This document shows, one piece after another, positions 47,773 through 57,804 of a stretch of 64,000 nt of DNA. The DNA is from a virus. Where the stretch lies: positions 32,001 to 96,000 of IMG/VR virus record IMGVR_UViG_3300013132_000026. One strand, 5' to 3'. The position numbers and the translations under genes were made by a program. A model generated the notes under the pieces. It ran no database searches. It was not told where the DNA came from and worked only from the letters and a program-made list of their open reading frames with translations. Position 1 is the first letter of the stretch; every line of letters starts with the position of its first letter.

Positions 47773-48758
47773 ATATTTTAATTATCGAAGCTACTAGCAA
47801 ACGCAAGCCGCTTGCAGAAGACTACAGCGACACGTCAATCGTTCACTGCCGCAACAGCATTATCTTAAAGAACGCTCTAGGAGCCGATCTTCTTGACGGG
47901 GAGTACGCACTACCCCAAGTGCTCGAAAAGCAGTATGACGTGATTATATGCGCCTACGCTTCGCCTTATATGCCGCACGTTCCGTACCGCGAGATCATCA
48001 AGAAGAACCCGAAGGCTCGGTACATTTGGCTCGTTAACGATCACGACATCGAAGACAATCAACTTTTGCGTTGGGGCGTCATTGAAATGGGCCTCAAGTA
48101 CGACATGATCTGCAACAATCCGCGAAACGGATATCGGCACTGGATCTTGAACAAGAACATCGCAAATAAGAAATTGAACGACTTTATTGGCGAGTGGCTC
48201 ACGGTAAATCTCAACTCGCTGATCATGGACGACTTTGCTCCCGTAGACTTGACTGCCAAGAGCGGGATCATTTACTACGGTACTTACAGAAAGTGGCGTC
48301 AGAATTCTTTCGAGCGTTTTTTGACAAAAGGAGTTACGCTCTCGGCTTCGAACAAAAATTGGAAAAAATTTCAAGCAATCAATTGCGATTGCAATTACAT
48401 CCCGAAGCTAGAGTGGACAAAGAACAACGAAGATTTACGCAAATATAAATATTCGATATACATGGAAGACGTGCATACTCGCGACAATTATGCCTATCTC
48501 GCAAATCGCTTCTACGAAGGATTAATGGCAGACACGGTCGTGTTGTTCGACTCGGAATGCAAAAACACAATCGAGAAGTGCGGGTACTCGTTGTCCGAGA
48601 ACGTTATCGTCACGCCAGAAAAATTATCGATTGGCTTGACGAACTACGTTGAAACGCTCAACTTTGAAACTGAATTAAACCATCAGCGGTCATTTCTCGT
48701 TAAAGCTTACGGCGAAAAGCGAGACACGATCAACCAAATAAAAGATTTTATTAAATGA
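47769..48758 (+). CDS. Glycosyltransferase resembling T4 DNA beta-glucosyltransferase
   Basis: IIYYGTYRK.R and SIYMED...NYAYLANRFYEGLMADTVVLFD resemble the BGT C-domain. Confidence 0.6.
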   Translation: MNILIIEATSKRKPLAEDYSDTSIVHCRNSIILKNALGADLLDGEYALPQVLEKQYDVIICAYASPYMPHVPYREIIKKNPKARYIWLVNDHDIEDNQLLRWGVIEMGLKYDMICNNPRNGYRHWILNKNIANKKLNDFIGEWLTVNLNSLIMDDFAPVDLTAKSGIIYYGTYRKWRQNSFERFLTKGVTLSASNKNWKKFQAINCDCNYIPKLEWTKNNEDLRKYKYSIYMEDVHTRDNYAYLANRFYEGLMADTVVLFDSECKNTIEKCGYSLSENVIVTPEKLSIGLTNYVETLNFETELNHQRSFLVKAYGEKRDTINQIKDFIK

Positions 48759-49054
48759 AAGCTACTGTTCGTTTCGTTATCTCAAGCGTCTCGGCGTCCG
48801 AAATCGGCATTGATTTTCGCGAACTCTACGTCGTCGAACTAAACGATTATCAATTCGAAGGAGCCGAAGGTGGACAATATGTGACTTGTAAAATCGTTAA
48901 TACCAATAAATTCGCGCCGTTTCTTCTTGAAATCGCAGAGATTTCTTTCTGCGCCCATTCTTTAGTGATTCGCGCATGGTTCGTTTACAACTTCGAGAAA
49001 GAGAAAGAGTCTCGTTTATTTCGCGGTTCACTAGAAATTCGAGGAATTCACTAA
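48755..49054 (+). CDS. Hypothetical protein
   Basis: Coupled 99-aa ORF. Confidence 0.6.
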   Translation: MKATVRFVISSVSASEIGIDFRELYVVELNDYQFEGAEGGQYVTCKIVNTNKFAPFLLEIAEISFCAHSLVIRAWFVYNFEKEKESRLFRGSLEIRGIH

Positions 49055-49055
49055 T

Positions 49056-49274
49056 ATGAATCGATACGCTATTCTCAAAGATATTATTGTTCAAGCCGAT
49101 TGCCCAATCGAAGACAGGTCTAGCGACCGAGTTGTTTTGCCGAGCGGTGAAGAAATTCCGGTTTACGGAGAAACATTCGACTTGTTCGACGCATCTCTTC
49201 GTTACTGGACAACTGGCAGCGGCTGGGTGTTAAAAATCACCGATAACGACTTACCTTACTTTAAAAAGATTTAA
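49056..49274 (+). CDS. Hypothetical protein
   Basis: 72-aa ORF within the operon. Confidence 0.6.
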   Translation: MNRYAILKDIIVQADCPIEDRSSDRVVLPSGEEIPVYGETFDLFDASLRYWTTGSGWVLKITDNDLPYFKKI

Positions 49275-49275
49275 T

Positions 49276-49932
49276 ATGATAACAAAAGAAGAAAGCGAGA
49301 AAAAAGTTTTTTCCGAATTTTTGCTTGTTAAAAACAGCGCTGAAAAAATTCTTGGCAAAACAATCAAAAACGAAGAGTTTAAACGGGCTATTGCCGACGT
49401 ATCCAAAAAGATTATTGTTTTGGCGCGAAATAAAGAAGATAAAGATAATACGCTAGTCGATGACATAAAAGCGTTTATCGAATTTTTTGACAATTGCAAG
49501 CATCTTCTCAGGAATACTGTTTGGAACGAGATACAAGAAAAGCATCTTAAAATCGAAATTTCTTACGAATCGAAAGCTATTTCGAGTTGGAAAATTCCAA
49601 TCGAAATGATGTTCTCTCATCCAGAGTCGTTCGAGGTCGGTATGCCGACACTAATCGAAAGCTTCGAAGACGTGTTTCTTTATTCGTGTCTCGACCCGTC
49701 TTACCGTCAACGAATCATGCAGGGCGACGATCAAGCGATCAAGATCTTGTACTCTGTATTCCAAAATAACGGGACAAGCAGTTGCTCCGCGATTCAGCTA
49801 ATGATCAAAGAAAATTTCCCCGAGTTTTACGATCACATCACGAAAAAACTCGATGTAATGAAGTTCGAGGAAATTCCCGAGGAATCGAAAGCTAAAAAAG
49901 GGAGAAAACGCAAGCAGGTGAAACACAAATAA
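49276..49932 (+). CDS. Hypothetical protein
   Basis: 218-aa ORF within the operon. Confidence 0.7.
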   Translation: MITKEESEKKVFSEFLLVKNSAEKILGKTIKNEEFKRAIADVSKKIIVLARNKEDKDNTLVDDIKAFIEFFDNCKHLLRNTVWNEIQEKHLKIEISYESKAISSWKIPIEMMFSHPESFEVGMPTLIESFEDVFLYSCLDPSYRQRIMQGDDQAIKILYSVFQNNGTSSCSAIQLMIKENFPEFYDHITKKLDVMKFEEIPEESKAKKGRKRKQVKHK

Positions 49933-49936
49933 TATT

Positions 49937-50587
49937 GTGCCATATCTAAACGCCAATATTCCCGTTTTCGCGGCCTACGTCAAAAGCGATTTTTTCTACA
50001 ACAACACCAACACAAAGACAGACTATGTTCTTTGCGAAGTGTTTGGAATCACTAGTTTAACGCGACGATGCCTCACGTTTCAAATAATGACCGAGTACGG
50101 ATCGCGACACGACCGAGTGCCGATTCACTATCTCGTTAACGAGCCTGAGCACAGCAATCTTCCGTTAGACTGGCTCCAGCTTTGGGACTGTTTCTCTTAC
50201 AACTTATCGGTTACTCGTTGGGAATATCACAAGAACGCTCAAGTTAAAATTCAATTAAAGAATCATGAATGGATCAAAGGTAAATACTTATTTACAATCG
50301 ATTGGCACGACAATCCCGATGCGGCGTATGGCTACAGCGAGATGGCGGGCGGTCACAAGTGCGGTCACGTCATTTGGGGCGTTTCTGACAAAGACGGGAA
50401 GCCAGTTAACCAACTTTTTTGCCAGCCCAACAACCGTGTCGTCTGGTCGGACGGCGGCGCGTTCATCTCGAAAAAGCTCGAAAAGCCGGATTGGAAAGTC
50501 TTCACGCAAGAGTTTTCGTGCGAAGGCGGCACGAAATGGGTAGCCGAAGATAACTGGGACCATTTTTACCAGTTCAAAGAAGAATGA
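49937..50587 (+). CDS. Conserved phage hypothetical protein
   Basis: MPYLNANIP...LQLWDCFSY...YLFTIDW...HKCGH...QPNNR pattern. Confidence 0.75.
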   Translation: MPYLNANIPVFAAYVKSDFFYNNTNTKTDYVLCEVFGITSLTRRCLTFQIMTEYGSRHDRVPIHYLVNEPEHSNLPLDWLQLWDCFSYNLSVTRWEYHKNAQVKIQLKNHEWIKGKYLFTIDWHDNPDAAYGYSEMAGGHKCGHVIWGVSDKDGKPVNQLFCQPNNRVVWSDGGAFISKKLEKPDWKVFTQEFSCEGGTKWVAEDNWDHFYQFKEE

Positions 50588-51069
50588 TCGAGGTCCAAAT
50601 AAGTAAAGATATGATCGAAGAGGCTCTGTTCCGAGCCTCGCGAGTTCCCGCTTTGCGCAACTCGGACACTCAGAATCACGGCACGAAAATTGCCGCTCTG
50701 AGCGACTTGATGGTGCAAAAAACTTGGGGCGGCAGGATCGTATCCGACATGAGTTTCGACTTCGACTGGATTTCTCCGAAGCTTTTTTTATTCGAAATTA
50801 AAGCGAAAGAGCGAAACGTTGTGCCGCAACCTTGGCACAACTGCGCCGTTAAAGAGTACAACACTCAGCAGAAGTGCGATTATTACTTGTTTACGAGCAT
50901 CTTTGGTGATTACAGCCGAGGCTGGATTCTAGGCTACGTTTCAAAAGAAGCGTTTTTCAAGCAAGCGAGGTTCTTTGAGAAGGGTCAAATTGACGACGAT
51001 CCTCGCGGAGACAAGTACGTCTTTCCATCTAATTGCTACAATTTAAAAATCGAAGAATTGATCTGTTGA
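50584..51069 (+). CDS. Putative restriction-endonuclease-fold protein
   Basis: FDFD...FEIKAK...QKCDYYLF...GWILG pattern. Confidence 0.55.
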   Translation: MIEVQISKDMIEEALFRASRVPALRNSDTQNHGTKIAALSDLMVQKTWGGRIVSDMSFDFDWISPKLFLFEIKAKERNVVPQPWHNCAVKEYNTQQKCDYYLFTSIFGDYSRGWILGYVSKEAFFKQARFFEKGQIDDDPRGDKYVFPSNCYNLKIEELIC

Positions 51070-51100
51070 CAAGCGACGAATTGTCCGATCTTCTCAAACC

Positions 51101-52006
51101 ATGAAACTCGCGCTTTGCTGCATCTCTAACATCCTTGCTGAACAAGGTCACAAGTTCCAAACTATGACCTACACACGTTTCGTTTCGCAGTCTCGAAACG
51201 AAGCTTTGCGCGTTTTATCTGAGCGCATTCTCAACAACTTCATCGTTACCGATTTAACGATCAAGCATTGCGCCGATCTCGGCATCGCTGGCTATCGCCT
51301 GTCATCGAGTTTGACTCCAGTCATCGATCACCCCAGCGTTGATCTTCAACTCGAACAGTTGCCCAACTGGTCCGACTTGTCTGCCGCTCTCGACAGCATC
51401 AAACGCACCATCGAGCAGACTGGCGTTCGCATCTCTGCTCACCCCTCCGAATATGTTTCGCTAACTAGCGACTCTCCGACTGTTATCGCGAACAGCACGC
51501 GAGATCTTATTTCGCACGCCAATCTTTTTGATCGCATCGGTTTGCCGAGCGATTATCGCTCACCGCTTAACATTCATTGTCGTCAAGACGGTGACGCGAC
51601 CGTGATCTCGCAGCAGTTCATTAAAAACTTCAACACGTTACCGAGCAACGTTCGCTCTCGCTTAACTCTCGAAGTTAACGACAATGTCGGCGGCACTTGG
51701 ACCGTCGCCAACTTGTTCAAGCACTTCTTCCAGACTAGCGGCATCCCAATTACTTACGATTCGCTTCACCGTTCGCTTTGCAACGACGGCAGTTCCGACG
51801 AGCAAGACTTTTTCTTGGCTCACAAGACTTGGCCTACTGTGCCGCTCTTTCACTACTCTGAAGGCATTGACGGCACGCGCAAGCACGCCGATATGCCTAC
51901 GTCCACGCCTCGTAGCTACGACACCGACGTTTACTTTGACGTAGAACTTAAAAACAAAGATTATGCCATCCTTAAAATCATCAACGATTCAAACAAAATT
52001 AAATAA
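51101..52006 (+). CDS. uvsE: UV-damage endonuclease
   Basis: YRLSS, RISAHP, NIH, RLTLEVND, ITYDSLH, HYSE, HAD and DVELKNKD motifs; TTGACA at 51066. Confidence 0.9.
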   Translation: MKLALCCISNILAEQGHKFQTMTYTRFVSQSRNEALRVLSERILNNFIVTDLTIKHCADLGIAGYRLSSSLTPVIDHPSVDLQLEQLPNWSDLSAALDSIKRTIEQTGVRISAHPSEYVSLTSDSPTVIANSTRDLISHANLFDRIGLPSDYRSPLNIHCRQDGDATVISQQFIKNFNTLPSNVRSRLTLEVNDNVGGTWTVANLFKHFFQTSGIPITYDSLHRSLCNDGSSDEQDFFLAHKTWPTVPLFHYSEGIDGTRKHADMPTSTPRSYDTDVYFDVELKNKDYAILKIINDSNKIK

Positions 52007-52307
52007 TGATAAAAATGCGGTTATCGCCGCCCTAAAAAGAAGAAAGATTCGTTTCGCTAGTGATCAGTTTGTCTGCGACAGCGAAGACGGAGAAAAGGGG
52101 TTTGGTTTTACTGTTGTTACCGAACTCGTTACCTCGGTTATCGTTCCCGACTACAGCAAGCGGAAAGTTGGATTTTTAATTTATAACCAGCGAATGGCAG
52201 ATCACCTAGAATCCGAAGGTCTTTCGTCAGAAGAGATCGAAAAGAAGGGTAAAGTCTGGTGCGTGGTGAAAAGTCGCGCAAATTTCCTTAAGATCTTGGG
52301 TTGTTAA
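51963..52307 (+). CDS. Hypothetical protein
   Basis: 114-aa ORF; start uncertain. Confidence 0.55.
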   Translation: MPSLKSSTIQTKLNNDKNAVIAALKRRKIRFASDQFVCDSEDGEKGFGFTVVTELVTSVIVPDYSKRKVGFLIYNQRMADHLESEGLSSEEIEKKGKVWCVVKSRANFLKILGC

Positions 52308-52310
52308 CTT

Positions 52311-52550
52311 ATGCGATCTGCCACCATTTTCTCCTCTCCGAACGTCAACGAAGTTTACGCTGCGTACAGCGAGCTTTCGGCGGTGTTTTTAAAGCAATTT
52401 AAATTCCACGCAGAGTTTGGCATTTCTCACAAGACTACCGAAAAAGACTTTTCCCTGAACGCTTACGACTTGAATGCCGTTGAGCAGAAGTTCCTCGAAG
52501 AGAAGGCTTTCGAAATTTCTCAAAAAAAGTTGAAGAAACCTGTTGACTGA
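52311..52550 (+). CDS. Hypothetical protein
   Basis: 79-aa ORF. Confidence 0.55.
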   Translation: MRSATIFSSPNVNEVYAAYSELSAVFLKQFKFHAEFGISHKTTEKDFSLNAYDLNAVEQKFLEEKAFEISQKKLKKPVD

Positions 52551-52591
52551 TCCGAAAACTGTGGTAAGCTTTGCGTGCAAATCCATTGCTT

Positions 52592-54730
52592 ATGATTATC
52601 AAAGAAGTCCAGCGCAAGGTTGCCCAATCAGACAATTTCAAGAGCGAAATTGCCTCTATCGATCCCGAGGAGATGCGTTACGTTTCCTCGCTGCTTCGCA
52701 ACAACTACTCGAACCCGATCCTCGCGACGGTTCGCGAACTGATCGCCAATGCTTCCGACGCGAACGTTGGCGAGCAAAAGATCGAAGTTCACTGCCCTTC
52801 GTTTTACGCTCCGACGTTCTCGGTTCGTGACTTTGGTGCAGGCTTGAGCGAAGACGATCTCTTTGGTCTCTACACGAAGTACGATCGCAGCACGAAGCGC
52901 AGCGACAATCTCGCAATTGGCGGTTTTGGCATCGGTCGCTTCGCGCCGCTCTCTTACGCCGATTCTTTCACGGTCACGTCGCGCCACAACGGTACGAAGA
53001 CTGTTGTCAATGTTTTCGTTGACGAGCACGGCGACACTCGCTTCACGAAGCTCGCCTCTTCACCGTCGAACGAAGAGAGCGGTTTGGAAGTTTCTGTTGC
53101 GATCAAGGGCGGCGACGAGACTAGCTTCAACGACGCAATCAACGTTTGTGTTGCGTTCTCCTCGAAGCAATTCAAGATCAGCAACGCGCAGTTGTCTCCA
53201 ATCAAGTGGTTGATCCGTTCCGAAAACTGGGGTTTTTACGAGCGCAATCCGCATCATACGGGTTCTTTCGTTGTTATGGGCGGCGTTCCTTATCGCATCG
53301 ACCCAAAGCAGATTTTACCGCTCGTCTCAACTGAGCGTTCTCCGCTGCTTTTCAAGAAGTTTAGCGGCAACGAGCTGACCTTTAATTACGCTCTTTGCGA
53401 GTCTAATTTTATTCTTTTTATGCCGATTGGCTCGGTTGCGATTCACCACTCGCGTGAGCAGTTAGAGTATAACGTTACCACGAAGCGAGTTATTCTCGCG
53501 GCACTCGAACGCGCCTTTGGCGAGATCGGAAACACTTTTCAAGAGAAGCTTGTCGAAAACAAAACGTTCGAAACGTTCGTTGCTAAACTCCACGAAGCGC
53601 AACAAAATTCTTCCCCGCTTCTCCGTCGAGCGGCACGGGCCTGCGTTTTCAAGTTCATCGACGCCAACAATGTTTCTCATGACGTTGAACTCCACAACGT
53701 TGGCAGCGTTGAGTGCGCTTACAAGCGGTCGAGCGTTAGCTCGAACATTCGCTCGGTCAAGCGCGCCGACTTCGACCCGTCAACGTTTATCTTGTCTCAA
53801 ATTACTAGCGTTGCGGTCATCATCGATGACCTACCTAAAAACAAGCGTTTATTCGCTCGTTCGCAGCGTCTCGCTCTTAATGACGGTTCGCTAAAGAATA
53901 TCATTGTCGTTTCCGAGAAAACTGCGCGAAAGATGCTTTACGTTCATCTCCTCGCTGACCGCAAGAGTCGCAATATCTTTTTCGCTTCCGAGATCGTTCC
54001 CTTTGTCGTCGGGAAGAACACTAACAAAGAATCGGCATTTCTTGTTTTCAATGGAAACTCCTACATGACGGTTGCGAATCGTTGCTCTATTCCAGAAGGC
54101 GAAAAGTTTTATTATGTAAAAATGCGCGACCGCAAGAAAATCGTTTCGAAGCTGTTCGCTGGCTCCGTTGATGACGTTCGCGAATTTTGCAGCGTGCTTA
54201 ATGCGCTTAATCGAAAGTTTTTCAATAACCGCTTCCAAAAGGTTTACGGTTTTCTGGAAACCGCAGAAGTGCCAGAAAATGCAGTTCTGATCGATGACGT
54301 TTTAATCCAAAAAATTAACGAACTGTACGGAAAGTTTTCCCCGTATATCTCTGCTGGAAAGTTCTCTATCAGACTGCGCAATATTTTCAACTCTGCACAC
54401 CGCATGAAGGACGTTGCAGAGAATCTTCCCGAGGGTCACAAGATTCGCGAATTTGTCTCTCTGTTCGAAATCGAAAAGAAACTTGAAAAGCTGAGCAAAG
54501 AAGATCAAAGTCTCCTCGATAGTTTCGAATCTGGCATTCACAATTACAGGCACTTGTTCCCGAGGTACGATATGCTGACCGACGAGCAGTCTGCGGCGAC
54601 ACGGCGTTGGCAGGAGTTCTTCTGCTCGAAGTATCCGATGGCAGTCTATGCCGTTGACTCGCACAATTTTACCGCTAGTCGCATCAAGGAAATAGCCGAT
54701 TACATCAATTTTGTGGACAAAAACTCTTGA
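52592..54730 (+). CDS. rIIA: rIIA-like protein (N-terminal GHKL ATPase)
   Basis: YSNPILATVRELIANASDA, VRDFGAGL, STKR..N..IGGFGIG and VVMGGVPY motifs; TTGACT-N16-TAAGCT promoter; precedes rIIB. Confidence 0.85.
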   Translation: MIIKEVQRKVAQSDNFKSEIASIDPEEMRYVSSLLRNNYSNPILATVRELIANASDANVGEQKIEVHCPSFYAPTFSVRDFGAGLSEDDLFGLYTKYDRSTKRSDNLAIGGFGIGRFAPLSYADSFTVTSRHNGTKTVVNVFVDEHGDTRFTKLASSPSNEESGLEVSVAIKGGDETSFNDAINVCVAFSSKQFKISNAQLSPIKWLIRSENWGFYERNPHHTGSFVVMGGVPYRIDPKQILPLVSTERSPLLFKKFSGNELTFNYALCESNFILFMPIGSVAIHHSREQLEYNVTTKRVILAALERAFGEIGNTFQEKLVENKTFETFVAKLHEAQQNSSPLLRRAARACVFKFIDANNVSHDVELHNVGSVECAYKRSSVSSNIRSVKRADFDPSTFILSQITSVAVIIDDLPKNKRLFARSQRLALNDGSLKNIIVVSEKTARKMLYVHLLADRKSRNIFFASEIVPFVVGKNTNKESAFLVFNGNSYMTVANRCSIPEGEKFYYVKMRDRKKIVSKLFAGSVDDVREFCSVLNALNRKFFNNRFQKVYGFLETAEVPENAVLIDDVLIQKINELYGKFSPYISAGKFSIRLRNIFNSAHRMKDVAENLPEGHKIREFVSLFEIEKKLEKLSKEDQSLLDSFESGIHNYRHLFPRYDMLTDEQSAATRRWQEFFCSKYPMAVYAVDSHNFTASRIKEIADYINFVDKNS

Positions 54731-54764
54731 CAAACAACCAACCATAACCCAACATGGTAAGACC

Positions 54765-55832
54765 ATGAATAAGATCCCGTACATTATGCGCGACGAGTCG
54801 ATCACCGTTTTCGTTGACGGCGCGCCGCACACCATCAATAACTCGCACGTTAATTTTCGTGCTTTGCGTCAGGCGATCCTTGACGCCAACTACGACGCTG
54901 TTCCCTCGCTTTTGTCTATCGAGAAGCGAGTTGAAAACATGACCTCCGGCAACATCACGATTGTCGATGGCAGACTCTTCTATCGCGGCAACGAGCTTCA
55001 CGGAGCCGTAAGCGCGAAGCTCCTCGCTCTCCTGAAGCAGGGCGGGAAGGACGCCTCGCCGCTGCTGAACTTCATCGAGCGCATCATGAACAACCCGAGC
55101 GCGAATTCGGTGAATGAACTCTACACGTTTCTCTCGTACAAGGACTTGCCGATCACTCCAGCAGGAAAGTTCCTCGCGTACAAGGGAGTTAAGAATGATT
55201 TTTATTCGAAGAGCGCAAACAAGCAAACTGTCGTAATCGAAGGCAAGGTCAACGACAAGGGCGAGATTTTCAACGGAGTTGGCGAATCGATTCGAGTCGC
55301 TCGCAACCAAGTGGACGACAACAAGGACAATCATTGTTCGTTTGGGCTTCACGCTGGCAGTTACGACTACGCTAACGATTGGGCCGGAAACAACGGACGG
55401 CTTCTCGTTGTCGAGATCGACCCTGTCGATGCCGTGAGCGTCCCGACCGACTGTAACTTCCAAAAGCTCCGCACTTGCGCTTACAAAGTTATCGCGGACA
55501 TCACCGCTTCGCGCCGCGAAATTCCCGAAGCCGTTTATTCGGGTAGCGACGACGTTGGAAACGACGACGCCGACTACGATTCGGAAACTGAAGACGATTC
55601 TCTTTCCGAGAATTCGATTGATTTTTCCGACGCGATTGACGAAGTCGAAAGTTATGTTTTTCGGCAACAGGAACAAGGTCTTCCCGCTTACGCCGAAACT
55701 GCCGAAGCGATTCTCCGCACCGTTGGACTCGCTCACATTAACTTGGGCGAAGTTCTTCTTCGTTTGGGTTTGACGAAGTTTTACGTTGTCGAAGCGAACC
55801 TCAACCTTATCGTTCACGACGATAATTATTAA
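54765..55832 (+). CDS. rIIB: rIIB-like protein
   Basis: NPS..SVNELYTFL, ITPAGKFLAYKGV, CSFGLHAG and DAVSVPTDCNFQKLRTC motifs; TTGACA at 54727. Confidence 0.9.
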   Translation: MNKIPYIMRDESITVFVDGAPHTINNSHVNFRALRQAILDANYDAVPSLLSIEKRVENMTSGNITIVDGRLFYRGNELHGAVSAKLLALLKQGGKDASPLLNFIERIMNNPSANSVNELYTFLSYKDLPITPAGKFLAYKGVKNDFYSKSANKQTVVIEGKVNDKGEIFNGVGESIRVARNQVDDNKDNHCSFGLHAGSYDYANDWAGNNGRLLVVEIDPVDAVSVPTDCNFQKLRTCAYKVIADITASRREIPEAVYSGSDDVGNDDADYDSETEDDSLSENSIDFSDAIDEVESYVFRQQEQGLPAYAETAEAILRTVGLAHINLGEVLLRLGLTKFYVVEANLNLIVHDDNY

Positions 55833-56110
55833 TGACTAAAAATACAGTCGCCAAAACACTCGAAGACGCTTTGTCGCACGCTTCCGAGACGGAACTCGAT
55901 GTCGCTTTTGCGCTTCTCAAGTACAAGGAAATCGGCATCTACCGCAAGATCAAGTGCCTTTGCCTTGCGCTCCAACTCGATTTCGATGAGGTAGTCAAAA
56001 ATCTACCGAACGAAAATGGTCGTCTTCTCGACCGCGAGACGCGCCACTACATTCACGATTATATGCTCGCCCGAGCAAAGCAGTTTCGCCCAGCAACAAA
56101 CAACGAATGA
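55832..56110 (+). CDS. Hypothetical protein
   Basis: Coupled 92-aa ORF. Confidence 0.65.
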   Translation: MTKNTVAKTLEDALSHASETELDVAFALLKYKEIGIYRKIKCLCLALQLDFDEVVKNLPNENGRLLDRETRHYIHDYMLARAKQFRPATNNE

Positions 56111-56412
56111 ATAACTCCCTGGATCCTAAGTTCACGACCAATCGCCATTGGTTCGAAGTTTGGACAACAGAAAATGATGGCAAGCTCTTGAGTTGCGTCA
56201 ATTTCTACGACATGGCATGGAAGGACGCCGCAATATTGGCAGTTCAATGCTATTCGCACGAATCGTCACGAAACTCGGACGCTTACTACACAATCGTTCA
56301 CGCGAAGCTCGACAGCAACAGCGGAATGGTGCGCGAAGTGATTGCGCTCCCATACGATGAGTCTTCGAAGGTGCTAAATAAACTGATTAAATATCGGGAG
56401 ACACTCCAATGA
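56107..56412 (+). CDS. Hypothetical protein
   Basis: Coupled 101-aa ORF. Confidence 0.6.
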   Translation: MNNSLDPKFTTNRHWFEVWTTENDGKLLSCVNFYDMAWKDAAILAVQCYSHESSRNSDAYYTIVHAKLDSNSGMVREVIALPYDESSKVLNKLIKYRETLQ

Positions 56413-56750
56413 TGGACCGCACCGCGCTGTTCGCTCATCACCGCGCCTTGACCGAGGCTGCGTTCAAGATCATGCAGGCGAAGAACAATGACTATGCTGG
56501 CAGCAAGGGAGACAATCCTTTCGCCAATTTCCAACGCTGCGAGGCAATGGGAATCTGCTCGGCAGAACAAGGTTTTCTCGTTCGCATCGTAGACAAGGTT
56601 TCGCGCCTTTCTACGTTCGCTCAGGACGGCAAGCTTGCCGTAACGAACGAAAGTTACGAGGACGCTATCTTGGACATTATTAACTATTGTGTTTTAATGT
56701 CGGCGTATGTTGCAGGGAAGAATGAACCTCCCTCAACAACGAACGATTAA
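56409..56750 (+). CDS. Nucleotide-modification-associated (DUF1599/Nmad-like) protein
   Basis: KNNDYAG...PFANF...VRIVDKVSRL...ESYEDAILDIINY motif. Confidence 0.7.
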   Translation: MMDRTALFAHHRALTEAAFKIMQAKNNDYAGSKGDNPFANFQRCEAMGICSAEQGFLVRIVDKVSRLSTFAQDGKLAVTNESYEDAILDIINYCVLMSAYVAGKNEPPSTTND

Positions 56751-57010
56751 AAGATCGCGATTCCAGTTATTCTGTACCCAGCATCGAAAGGCTGGATAAA
56801 TAAGCCAGTTGGCATATTCAGCCTTTCGATTTTTCTGTTATATTCTCTGATAAGGTGGTCGGAAAAGTCGCCGAAAACAGCGTTGCCGGAAGCCGCAAAG
56901 CCCGTAGCCGAGTACAGGCCCGTGATCTGCCCTCGGTAAGCGACCCAATCGCCAGAAACTAAACTATAATTGCTATGGATATCTCCTTGTAACAATCGCG
57001 GATTACTCAT
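56747..57010 (-). CDS. Isolated minus-strand late-type hypothetical protein
   Basis: 87 aa with SG/TG-rich composition like the tail proteins; GTGTAA 10 nt upstream (57021-57026). Confidence 0.65.
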   Translation of the reverse strand: MSNPRLLQGDIHSNYSLVSGDWVAYRGQITGLYSATGFAASGNAVFGDFSDHLIREYNRKIERLNMPTGLFIQPFDAGYRITGIAIF

Positions 57011-57125
57011 ATTTTATTAATTACACTTTATTTTATGTTATTTTCCCTGCTGTTGTTTATCGCAGTGTGCATTCACCTCTTTACCAAGAGCAACTATTTT
57101 ACTAAGAACGCGAGTCTCGACAAAA

Positions 57126-57431
57126 ATGACCGACGCAACAAAGACGATTAACTATAAAAAACTCCCATTGGAGATTAAAAATCACGGTTACAAAATGAAG
57201 CAAGTGAAGCGAACCGAAAACACCGCAATGTACTCGAAAGCGGGCGGATACGAAGTTCTAGTCGTGCAGCGTCACGACGGGTACGAAATCAAAGGCAACT
57301 GGATCGAGCCTGCCGAATATCTGCCGAAAGATGAAGACTTTGGGACGAAAGGCTGGTATTTTAATGGTCCCGATGGCCTGCAAAAAGCAGAAAAAAAGTT
57401 CGAAGAAATCGAACAAAAAGCTGGCGAGTAA
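57126..57431 (+). CDS. Hypothetical protein
   Basis: 101-aa ORF; EYLPKDEDFGTKGW. Confidence 0.65.
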   Translation: MTDATKTINYKKLPLEIKNHGYKMKQVKRTENTAMYSKAGGYEVLVVQRHDGYEIKGNWIEPAEYLPKDEDFGTKGWYFNGPDGLQKAEKKFEEIEQKAGE

Positions 57432-57486
57432 CTAGTTTTTTAATCATAGTTCAAACGTAGCTTCAACTAAACACTAAAATCTAATC

Positions 57487-57804
57487 ATGTCCATCAACGA
57501 ATTGATCGAAGAGAGTTATCCGCAGCAGAAGGTTATCCATTTGTATGTTCGCGACCGTCAAAACCGCCGAGTTGGGGTGTTGGCAGCGGTAACGAATCCC
57601 GAGCAACCCGAGACCGTTTTTATCGGATGGTCGCGCTGCAATCGAAGTCTGGGCGACCGATTCGATCCGGTGCGCGGCACAAAGATTGCACTCGACCGCT
57701 CTTATCGGCACAAGGGAGCGGGCATTCCGTTCACAATGCTCGAACAGTATAACGAGTTTCGCGCTCGATGCGAAAAGTATTTCCGAGGCAAGAATGTCGC
57801 CTAA
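57487..57804 (+). CDS. Hypothetical phage protein
   Basis: IGWSRCN...DRFD...G..IAL.R motif. Confidence 0.65.
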   Translation: MSINELIEESYPQQKVIHLYVRDRQNRRVGVLAAVTNPEQPETVFIGWSRCNRSLGDRFDPVRGTKIALDRSYRHKGAGIPFTMLEQYNEFRARCEKYFRGKNVA

